Source: Octopus sinensis
Taxonomy: Eukaryota
Length of the DNA stretch: 64,000 nt
Assembly (NCBI RefSeq): GCF_006345805.1
Contig: NC_043003.1
Span: 87,420,001 to 87,484,000, forward strand
Direction of reading: 5' to 3'
This document shows positions 39,765 through 51,468 of the stretch, in pieces (positions within the stretch are counted from its first letter, which is position 1; every line of letters starts with the position of its first letter). The notes beneath the pieces were generated by a model. The model did not search any database and had not been told where the DNA came from. It was given only the letters and a program-made list of their open reading frames with translations. The translations under genes and the position numbers were made by a program.

Positions 39765-40458
39765 TTCATATATGTGTATATTTTTATGCATGCATAAGTA
39801 AATGCATATTTATATATATATATGTATATATATAGATATATATGTGTGTGCATACATATAGGCAGGTTTATCGAATGAGATAGAGACGTCATGAAAATGG
39901 ACTGACCCAAATTTGACAAAAATATCTCAAACAAAAGCACTCATAGATTTCTAGGAGTCATCATATAAATGAGTACAGTGTTTATGCATGCATATATATA
40001 TATATGAAAATATATATATATAAGTGAACATATGCATGCATATATATATATACACGTATACATATATGTGCACACATATATATGCATACATATACATATA
40101 CATATGCATATATATATATATGCATACATATATGCATATATATATACATACATATATATATGCATACATATACATATGCATATATATGTGCATACATATA
40201 TATATGCATTTATATATGCATACATATATGCATACATATATGTATATTTATATGCATACATATATATCCATATATATATATATGTGCATATATACATATG
40301 CGCATATATATATGAATACATATGCATATACATATATATACACATATACATGCATATGCATATATAGATATGCATATATATATATACATGTATATATACA
40401 TATATGCATGCATATACATACATATGCAGACATATATATACATATGCATATATACTAT

Positions 40459-40495
<37 letters not shown>

Positions 40496-40504
40496 ATATA
40501 TATA

Positions 40505-40545
<41 letters not shown>

Positions 40546-40937
40546 TACAACAGTGCAAATTTGGCTGTGTGGTGTGAAGCTACAATCCCAGCCACATACT
40601 TCCGCGTTCAGACCCACTGCATGACACCTTGGGCAAGTGTCTTTACTATAGCCTCAGGCTGACAAAAACCTTGGTAGAAGATTTTGTGGACAAAACAGAC
40701 AGAAGCCTGTCAGATATATATGTGTGTGTGTGTGTGTGTACGTGCGTGTGTGTATTTGACCCCCAACCTTGCTTGACAACTGATATTGGTGTGTTTATTT
40801 GCCTGTAACATAGCAGTTCGGCAAAAGGAGGCGAGTGGATTAGTACTAGGCGTACTAGGGTCGATTTACTTCACTAAAGGTAGTGTTTCAGCATGGCTGA
40901 AGTCAAGTTAAAGAAGAGAATGAAAAGAATACATACA

Positions 40938-40992
<55 letters not shown>

Positions 40993-41224
40993 TATATATA
41001 GATATATACACATACACATATATATGTATGCATATATATATATATATATGTGCATATATACATATGCGCATATATATATGAATACATATGCATATACATA
41101 TATATACACATATACATGCATATGCATATATAGATATGCATATATATATATACATGTATATATACATATATGCATGCATATACATACATATGCAGACATA
41201 TATATACATATGCATATATACTAT

Positions 41225-41313
<89 letters not shown>

Positions 41314-41710
41314 TACAACAGTGCAAATTTGGCTGTGTGGTGTGAAGCTACAATCCCAGCCACATACTTCCGCGTTCAGACCCACTGCATGACACCTTGG
41401 GCAAGTGTCTTTACTATAGCCTCAGGCTGACAAAAACCTTGGTAGAAGATTTTGTGGACAAAACAGACAGAAGCCTGTCAGATATATATGTGTGTGTGTG
41501 TGTGTGTACGTGCGTGTGTGTATTTGACCCCCAACCTTGCTTGACAACTGATATTGGTGTGTTTATTTGCCTGTAACATAGCAGTTCGGCAAAAGGAGGC
41601 GAGTGGATTAGTACTAGGCGTACTAGGGTCGATTTACTTCACTAAAGGTAGTGTTTCAGCATGGCTGAAGTCAAGTTAAAGAAGAGAATGAAAAGAATAC
41701 ATACATGCAT

Positions 41711-41760
<50 letters not shown>

Positions 41761-41789
41761 TATATACACATACACATATATATGTATGC

Positions 41790-41825
<36 letters not shown>

Positions 41826-42022
41826 ACGTATATCTATATATATATATTGGCCTGCTCGCTTAGCCAGCGGGATGGCGCCATTCAAAGGCTAAAACAATGC
41901 GAACACATTGTGACCAGCGATGTGTAACAACATCTGATGGTCTGGTCGGCCACGTGATCACGTGATATCTATATATCTATATACATATGTATGTATATCT
42001 ATATATATATACATATGTATGC

Positions 42023-42053
<31 letters not shown>

Positions 42054-42630
42054 TATACACACACATATACAAACATATATACATATACAAATATATAGGC
42101 AAATATATTATACATACATATACGCATATATGCATAAATATATACATTTATGCATATATATACACGTATATGCACATATATATTTATATATACACATATA
42201 TGCACATATATATACATATATGCATATATACACATATATGCGTCTATATATATATATATATATACACATATATTCATATATATACATATGCATATATATA
42301 CACATAAATGCATATATACATAAATATATACCCATACATATATATACACAGGCATATATATATAGACATATGCATACACAAATATCCATATAGATACTTT
42401 TATGCATAAACATGTACATATATATATATATATACACATGTATATATATGTATGCATATACATATATGTGTATGTATGTATGTATGCATATGTATATATC
42501 TATATATATGTGTGTATGTATACATATCTATATACATATATATATATATATTATATATATATATATATACATATATATAAGTGTGTATGTATGCATATGT
42601 ATATATCTATATATATATATATACATATAT
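37535..42630. repeat. Dense compound TA/CA/TG microsatellite field with embedded SINE and LINE fragments
   Basis: Directly visible; it accounts for the many Tyr/Ile/Met/His-repeat ORFs in the track. Confidence 0.95.
40270..41820 (+). repeat. Near-identical tandem duplication, unit about 770 bp
   Basis: A decayed family A SINE at 40541-40930 recurs at 41309-41700, together with the preceding complex microsatellite; the only differences I could see are in TA/TG run length. Confidence 0.9.
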
Positions 42631-43185
42631 CATCATCATTTAGCGTCCGTTTTCCATGCTAGCATGGGTTGGACGGTTCAACTGGGGTCTGTGAAGCCGG
42701 AAGGCTTCATCAAGCCCAGTCAGATCTGGCAGTGTTTCTACGGCTGGATGCCCTTCCTAACGCCAACCACTCCGTGAGTGTAGTGGGTGCTTTTTACGTG
42801 CCACCCGCACAGGTGCCAGACAGAGCTGGCAAACGGCCACGAACAGATGGCGCTTTTACGTGCCACCGGCACGGGGGCCAAGCGAGGCTGGCAAAGGACA
42901 CAAACGGATGGTGCTTTTACGTGCCACCGGCACGTGGGCCAGGCGAGGCCAGCAACGGACATGAGCGGATGGTGCTTTTACATGCCACCTGCACGGGGGC
43001 CAGGCGGGGCTGGCAACGGACACGAACGGATGGTGCTTTTTACGTGCCACCGGCACGAGGCCAGTCGGGGCGGCGCTGGCAACGGTCATGAACAGATGGT
43101 TCTCTTACGTGCCACCGGCACTGGTAACTCAGCTGCAATTTCCATTGATCGATTTCGATTCTGATCCTCACTTGCCTCAACAGGT
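42628..43185 (-). mobile_element. RTE LINE 3' end with a 6-unit GC-rich minisatellite
   Basis: Units start at 42786, 42849, 42910, 42971, 43032 and 43098 (periods of 61-66 bp). Confidence 0.85.
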
Positions 43186-43265
43186 TCACATTGTGCGTGT
43201 ACGTGTACGTGCATACATACATATACATATGCATACACCTATACTTATGCAATATATATATGCAT

Positions 43266-43634
43266 GGAGGCGCAATGGCCCAGTGGTTAGGGCAGCGGAC
43301 TCGCGGTTTCGTTTCCCAGACCGGGCGTTGTGAGTGTTTATTGATCGAAAACACATAAAGCCCCACGAGGCTCCGGCAAGGGATGGTGGTGATCCCTGCT
43401 GTACTCTTTCACCACAACTTTCTCTCACTCTTACTTCCTGTTTCTGTTGTACCTGTATTTCAAAGGGCCGGCTTTGTCACTCTCTGTGTCACGCTGAATA
43501 TCCCCGAGAACTACGTTAAGGGTACACGTGTCTGTGGAGTGCTCAGCCACTTACACGTTAATTTCACGAGCAGGCTGTTCCGTTGATTCGGATCAACTGG
43601 AATTCTCGTCGTCGTAACCGACGGAGTGCTTCCA
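43266..43634 (+). mobile_element. Family C SINE, tail type 1
   Basis: Near-identical to 31355-31735, with a short deletion in the head. Confidence 0.85.
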
Positions 43635-43644
43635 TCCATATATG

Positions 43645-43705
<61 letters not shown>

Positions 43706-43871
43706 ACACATATATATATACATCCATATATATATATAAATATATATTGAAAAAGGAACTATAGCAACCTGAAATAAAGTGTTTTACTGAAGAACACAAT
43801 ACACTGGTATAGGAATCTATCCCATGATGTAGGCATCAGAAATACAACTAGGCCTTGCGCATTCATGATAC

Positions 43872-43907
<36 letters not shown>

Positions 43908-43953
43908 ATGAATATGCATCTATATGTGTATGCATGCATATGTTTCTATATGC

Positions 43954-43987
<34 letters not shown>

Positions 43988-44112
43988 ATTCATAGATATG
44001 TATGCATATGCATATATTTATGTTTGAATATGCATATATGTATCTGCCTGTATATATACATATGCCTATATATATATATATATACATATTTATATATATA
44101 TATATACACACA

Positions 44113-44472
44113 CGCCGTGGTGATCTCATTCTTGCTCACAACATCATAAGCAGAAAGTGTAACCTCTCGAAAGAGCTGTTCTTCACTCCTGCTCCAGAGC
44201 GTCGGCTGCGGGGTCACTCCAAAAAGCTCTATCTGCGACGATTTCATCTCAATCGAAGGAGAGGGGCTTTCTCCGTCCGGGTTGCAAATTTATGGAATAA
44301 GCTGCCGGACGAGATGGTGAAGATGCCAATGACCGCTCGGTTCAAAGTCTCCCTTGACCACAAGTGGCCTGAACTCTTTACATGAGCACCACCCTGTACA
44401 TAACTCCATGTCCCCCTACATGGCTTTGCTTTTTGCTTTTTGAGCCAAAAATTAACTAACTAACTAACTAAC
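44113..44472 (+). mobile_element. CR1-clade LINE 3' end
   Basis: RRGDLILAH...LRGHSKKL...FSVRVANLWNKLP...FKVSLD is the CR1 ORF2 C-terminal signature; (TAAC)n tail. Confidence 0.9.
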
Positions 44473-46047
44473 ACATATGTATGTATATATACAGGTATAT
44501 ACATGCATGACTTGCTGTGTGGTAAGTAGATTGCTTGCAAACCAAATGGTTTGGGGCTCAGTCCCTCTGCGTGACACTTTGGACAAGTGTCCTATACTAT
44601 AGTCTTGACAGAACCAAAGCCTTTTGAGTGGATTTTGTAGACAGACATTCAAAGAAGCCTGTCGTATGTATATATGTGTGTGTCCCTACCATCCCTTGGC
44701 AACCGATGTTGGCGTGTTAACGACCTCATAACTTAGCATTTCGGCAAAAGGGACTGATTGTATAAGTACCAGGGTTTTAAAGAATAAGTCCCGATACTCC
44801 AGCATGGCTGCAGTCAAAGGACTAATGTCTGCAAACCTCATGACATATATTGTTGAAAAATTCGATAATATGGCCCCTGGAAGGGACCTTTATATCTTCC
44901 TTATATAACTAAGTTTTTTTAAACACCCAAGGGAAATAACCCATAGCACCTGCACAATATTTTTCTAAATATTCATTGGAAATAACCAATTTCATTGTTT
45001 ATGTTTGATTACTTTGAATATTGATTTTTTGTGTGTCCAATTTCTAATTTTTGCAGACAATATCACTTTATTTGACATATGAATAGAATGCATGTCTGGA
45101 AACCCCATGAAATACTTAGATTGTTGAAAAAAAATCGATAATAGGGCCCTTCCAATGGATCATGCTATCTACTACATATTACTAATATTTTAAACAACCC
45201 AAGAGAAATAACCCATACCACCTGCAGATCAGTCGACCTAATTCTGCATTTCACTACTCACAGTTTTGAATTGCTAAACATTATTATTGCACTTCTTTAA
45301 TTTGCATCTTAAGCCCTAAAGACTTCATTCATACATATCTACACATACATACTTTTTTGAATGCCTATTACTCCAATAATTCTGCATTTTTACAGTTACA
45401 CTTTTTCCATGACAGCAGATAAATTTTTTATTCCACAACGTTATTTGTAGTGGCTTCATGCAGGAATAGCATAGATTCGATCCTCAATTGCCAAATTTCA
45501 CTTGACACTTCAACAGCGGCAATAGTTTTTTCTGTGAATGACAGCAGTTATACATTTCCCAGATGCCTTTGCTAAGCAAAATAATGTATTTACCTCTCGC
45601 CAACATACAACTATTTTTCCCTCCCCCAGCTGACAGTTTTTTGTACTTTTTCATGGCGGAAGAAACACTTTTGTGGCAGGCATATGTATACATATATGTA
45701 TGCATATATGTATATATATATACGTATATACATATATGTGTGTGTGTATATATATATATATATACATTATCAGTGCCGCCTTGACTGGCTTCCATGCTGG
45801 TGGCACGTAAAAAGCACCCGCTACACTCACAGAGTGGTTGACATTAGGAAGGGCATCCAGCTGTAGAAACATTGCCAGATCAGACTGGAGCCTGGTGCAG
45901 CCTCCTGGCTTCTCAGACCCCAGTTGAACTGTCCAACCCATGCTAGCATAGAAAAAGGACATTAAATGATGATGACGATGTATACATATATGTATATAAT
46001 ATAATAATATATATATATATATACACACACACACATATATGTATACA

Positions 46048-46400
46048 CCAACGCTACTCTCAGATCACAGCATGGTTGAGCTGACCATGTACAGACCAAA
46101 GGAAACCATGGACATGTAGCCTACAAGAAACTCTCAGAATCTTTCCAGCCTGAACGTCCATAGGGCAAACTGGAAACAAATTGAGAAAGAGATCCTCAAA
46201 CAAAACTGGCCTAAATATTTCTCCTCACCGGACATCGACATGAAACTTCAACAATTCATGTCTGTAATGCAAGCCATGTGCTATAAATGTGTCCAGAGAG
46301 AAACACCGCTGTTTCTGTCCACATGCCCTTCCTCCTGTTTCCAAATAAAGGAACATTTTCCTATAGCCTGACATAGTTTTGTGAAATACTGAAAATGAAT
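46048..46400 (+). pseudogene. LINE (CR1/Jockey-group) endonuclease end and linker remnant
   Basis: One frame with a single stop: LLSDHSMVEL (APE-terminal SDH) ... VHRANWKQIEKEILKQNW. Confidence 0.65.
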
Positions 46401-46894
46401 GATGCTGGTTAAACAACAGTGACACTCATTTTCAACTATCAAGTAATGTCACATCAAGGTAACACAAGCACACACTAATACCTATACAAAGAGCTTCTTT
46501 CAGATCTTATCTATCTATCTATCAAATCCATTGACAAGGCCTTAGTTGCCTAGGGCCGTAGTAAGAGATGCTTGCCCCAAATGATATACAATGGGACTTA
46601 ACTTGAAACCATATGGTTAGGAGATATACTTTTTTTTAAGCATACAACCATGTGAGCCTGGTTCCGGTGTTCAAAGTGCTCCAACTAAAAGGTTTGTGAG
46701 TGTTTCCCACAAGTGGAGCAGCTATGAATACCAAATCATAGATCATCTGATTCGAAGCACTTATTTCCTGATAACTCGCTTAACCCATCTGTCTTGCTCC
46801 ACTTCCAATAAGAGGATCCTTCTGCTGCCTCTCCCATCCTGCAAACAGTTGCTTTCTCTCTCTCTTTCTCTTAATTAAATGACTGTAATCATTC

Positions 46895-47520
46895 TACATA
46901 CTTTCAAAGCAAGGAATCCTCTACAGCCAACCTTGACAGCAATGCAATGCCAGCCATCTCTTTTCCACGAAATTCTGGAAAAGGTTCTGATACTTGGTGT
47001 GCTTCTGTTGACAAGCTTGATTGCAACCCTTTTCCCATAGAACCATAAAACTCAGAATTATTTTGTTTGTTTTCTCTGACCACAAATCTATATGACCTGG
47101 ATCACATGGGAAAACTCTGCCTTTCCTCCAGGACTACTTTCATATCCCATGATCGAGTCACTTACAAGAAACTGATTGCTTATTTTGCTTTACTTAATGG
47201 CTTTTTTCTTTCCCCCATGAACTTGACCCAGGGTGTTGTTTTCCGGTAATGTTAGTGTTTCTTACATCTACCTTGCACAGTGGGGTGAACAAGTGCCACA
47301 AGCACTTTGTCGTGGCTCCATCTGTACCTGCTTTGACTAACTGCAGTTCTACAACCTGACAAGATGTGTGCCAGGGTGCAGCTCTCTCCACAAAGTTTAC
47401 ACAGCTGGTCCTTTTTCATACTCCATCTTTACAAGTTTGTTGGTGTTGGGAGTATGTCATATACTGCTCATAAAAGGAAAGAGATGCAGAGGAGTCTTAG
47501 TCTTCACAGGTCTACCTACA
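46895..47520 (-). pseudogene. HERO-like (RLE-type) non-LTR retrotransposon C-terminal remnant
   Basis: YDILPTPTNL*RW...LCKLCGESCTLAHILSGC...RYRWSHDKVL (CCHC knuckle plus RHD motif), then IDLWSEK...WE...KHTKYQ...VGCRGF (restriction-like endonuclease); frameshifted. Confidence 0.8.
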
Positions 47521-48082
47521 GGTCTCATTTAGTCAAGGCTCCTTAGAACGCTAACTCCATAGCTCGTTTTCTCTTTCATTTGGTGCTGTACTTTTACTTG
47601 TATCATGGCCCTTGTTCTCTTGATATTTGCTTTCCTCTATACTTGGAAATGGTAAGAACTAAGACCCTACTGTCCTATACATGTCATTCCATGCTTTCTG
47701 CTAGGGTAACTATAAAACTGGCTGTCCACTTATGCCCTGATGTGACACCCTCATTTCCTACACACTCATCCTTAATTTCTTCAACAACAGATGACAGAGG
47801 AAGCCAAAGCAGTCCTGATCTTATGCACAAAATTGTTATTTTGTGCTGTTTATATTCAAAGTATATTAGAGTACAGGTAGGATGATGCTGTTTAAGAAAT
47901 TGGCACACACTATCTTGTGCGGCCGTACTTCATATATATTGTTGAGGCAAATGTCTTGTCATGCTCTCTGTGTAAGATTTCAGTGTCCATGTCTCTGCAT
48001 ACATTTATTTACTGTCTGTTCCAAATAGATGTACTCCTTCACCTCCTCAACTTCATCACTTCCCACCATTATTCAGCCTTAT

Positions 48083-48132
<50 letters not shown>

Positions 48133-48599
48133 TGTAATATGTGCACATATACACATGTCTTTGCACATATATTCATGTAAACATATGCAAAGCCATATAA
48201 CCACTCAATTTCAAGTGTAACCTGGTAGCATGTACCATGCTTTGGCTGTTTTACGTGACTTTGAAGTCACAAGCAGACATATACACCCTCTAAAGTCACA
48301 AGCAGACATATACACCCTCTAAAGCTCCTCATCCCACTCTTGACTTTGTGGATGATCCAAGCTGTAACAGTTGTAGGAAGGGTTGCGCCAGCATTCAGTT
48401 GGTACTTATTCCAGCTGAGTAGACTAGAGCAATGTGAAATGAAGTGCCTTTCACGAGCACAATAGCACTGCCCAATCCAGAAAGAATCACACACACAACA
48501 ATCTACTCTACTCACAAGACCATGAGGTTTCATATATTTGTGTATGTTTGCCTAGATCTAAAAATTGGTATTACATTGTGTCCTATATTTCCTAACTTA

Positions 48600-51427
48600 G
48601 TGGCTTGATAAATTGGTCGTGACAAGGAAAGACGGGCGGAAGCCTTGCCAGTACTAAGGGCGATTTATCAACTAAAACCTTGAAGATGGTGGTGCCACCC
48701 TCCCTTATGACAACAATAAGCTAAGGAATATTATTCAAATGAGCCAATGTTATGAATTTAGATAATTCGGGTTGCTGGTGATGTACGGAATAACGTACGC
48801 AAGCATTAAACGAACTGAAATTTGTCTCCTAGCTGAGAAAGTAAACAAAACCCCAGTGGTAATTGTTAGCTGCTCTCGAAGGAGGGGAGATAATTGCAAG
48901 TAAGTTTACAAAATTAGTCTCTTGCCTGTCCATATATACCTGAATAAATCAGCTTTATTAACTAAAGGGTGCCCGAATTGTGATTTTCGATAAGCAGTCT
49001 GTTGCAAAAGTTTAAAATACGCTACTAAGTTTTGTTTCGTTTTCAAATAAATCCACGATCAGGAATTACAATTGGTAGAAAAAGTGTTTTGTCGGTGTTA
49101 TTAGTAACTATGTTTAACTTTTTTCAGAGATAAATTACTTCATTAGTATTCTTGTTATAACTATCATAATTTTATTTAAGGCCTATTGTCATCAGACTTA
49201 GATTTTAAATCTGAAATTCCTATATCTAAATTAGTGGGACGTCAATTGAGGAAGATTTTTAACAACTAGAGCATCTGTGACGTGAAAACTCCCACATCGA
49301 CTCCTAGTTTATTATTTAATAAGTCCCAGGTTAGTCTTTTTTGTACAGGGTATCTTCTTCAAAACAGCTGGGTATGATATGGAAGAGATTTGACTCGTTT
49401 GATTTGCGTTGTCACAACATATACAAACACTTTATCCAGCTCCACCAAAAGACTTCGACGAAATCATTCAGTTTCTTCAGCGCAACAGTTAAAATATCTT
49501 ACGTGTTGCCTGCTCCATGTAGTAAACCAGTGGGTAACACATATCACCACAGTTAAGAAGATATAGCCAAGGACAGTTAATAGAAAAACCGACTGAATAG
49601 TTCGCTTATATCATTTCAATACCAAAAGACTATTCGATAACAACAATCTGGATTCCGCTTTATGACTTTACTTTGAAATATGTAGATGGAGAAAAACTGT
49701 AGTCTAATATTTCTAGAACTGTTTTTCTTTTCTCCTTAACCTGTCACAAAGTTCCAAACAGTTTATACTTGACTACTTGAAATATCTACTTAGCTACGCT
49801 CGGGTCCCGAGTAATATCAGTTAATACATTCATACGAAGTATAAAGGCGAAGGAATCCCATTGTAACTTGCTTCCACTCACCTGTTCAATTATTTATTTA
49901 TGAGGAAGTTAAATGTTGGAAAATCTTCCAATAAAGTGAACAGCATCTCTAAATCAAGTTTAGCATATATATTGTGGACCTTCTGAAGGTCTTTCCTTTT
50001 AAACCAACGGTTGTAGTACATATATAAAGATAAAATTATGATATGTACTGGGAGTTAAGTGCAAAAATAGGCGGTAAATATTAACTTCAGGTCATATCAC
50101 TAGGTTAAACAACTGACCTCTTCAGATTAAAACAACAAAGCCGAGTGATGATGAAACTGCCACTTTTGTTGAGAAGCACTATTCCACTTATATAAAATAA
50201 CAATACTAATTTTACATTGATCAAATTATAAAATAATCGCAGTTGGAAAAAAAGAAACGAATTATTCATGAAGTCAACAAGAATTACTTTTAATTTTATA
50301 TATTTTAAAAAAAGGCAAGATAATAAATTTTTAAAAAAGCTGAGGAACATTATTTCAGTGATTTCCTATGAACAAGGATTGGTGAGGCCATAGCTAATTG
50401 CTTACAGTCATCATTAACGATTTCCTTTTTATAAATAGGGAAAAATGTTATCTTTAAAGATGTAGAAATAACAAAATTTAACTTTTGTACCATCGTTTTA
50501 AAATCACAACCACCCTCCCACAAATGAGAGAAGAAAACACTCCCGCGTAAATACGCAAGTCACAAACTGAAACAGGGTGGTAAAATACTACTGCCATAAA
50601 TAATGGTTTCTAATTCAGGTACAAGGTCAGCAATGGGAGGAGGTTAACTGATTACATTGACTTCGGTACTTGATTAGCACTTTACTTTATCGACCCCGGA
50701 AGAGTGAAAAGTACAGTTGACCACGGTGAGATTTGAACTCAGAACGAAGTGCCGGGGAGGAGACGGACTGAACATGGTGATTCAAGCTTCATTCAATAAG
50801 GTCGCGCGTCAGATTAAAGTGCAGTATGTCGAAGTTCAAGGTATCTTTTATTATTCCGCTTAGCACACTCTAAAATAGCTATTCAGCAAGAAAGAATATT
50901 GTTTACTTTAAAAGAAGACAACTATCATAACTCATCTATAAAGTGGGCCACAACTAATAACCGTTTGTAGTAGAAGCGTGCGGGCATCAACGTCTATAAT
51001 TTATTTCACTCACATCAGATATATTTTATTTGCTCCAGTGAGCTGAGTATATTATTATAATGCAAGAAGTTAGCGGATTGCTAGCGGCACAATCTCCAAT
51101 TACCGAAGTGATTAGAAGTCCTACAAATCGAGCTAAACCTGCATTGCTTATTGGACGAATATTTAAATCGGTAACTTTTTACAGATTTCATCTGCAAACC
51201 ACTGAGTAGAATACATGTTCACACATATCTGATGTGTTTGCTAACTCCGTAATCTGCCCCAAAATATTGGACAAATTCCAAACAGGAGAAAGCCACTTTA
51301 GAGTATACCCCCCACCCACTCCCGCAGATCATTTCCGGACTGAACTCTACTCCACGCTTAATCTTCCTTATCAGCATTATCACAGAATATTTTTACCTGT
51401 GCGCCAGCAGTCTTCCAACTATAACAT

Positions 51428-51468
<41 letters not shown>

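Noticed and set aside
42786-43120. CRISPR-like array (hairpin repeat of about 26 bp plus spacer of about 35 bp)
   Set aside because: The spacers are homologous to one another, the array sits in an RTE 3' UTR of a eukaryotic genome, and no cas genes are present; it is a minisatellite.
45400-45680. Cys-containing minus-strand ORF, possibly a transposase fragment
   Set aside because: No catalytic motif or termini could be assigned. The adjacent diverged direct repeat (about 44785-44955 and 45095-45225) hints at a decayed transposon, but support is too weak.
37431-46034. Dozens of long Tyr/Ile/Met/His-rich ORFs
   Set aside because: They are translations of TA/CA/TG microsatellites, which lack stop codons in several frames; there is no coding signal.
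48264-48324. Perfect 29-bp tandem duplication
   Set aside because: Two copies only; an ordinary slippage event.
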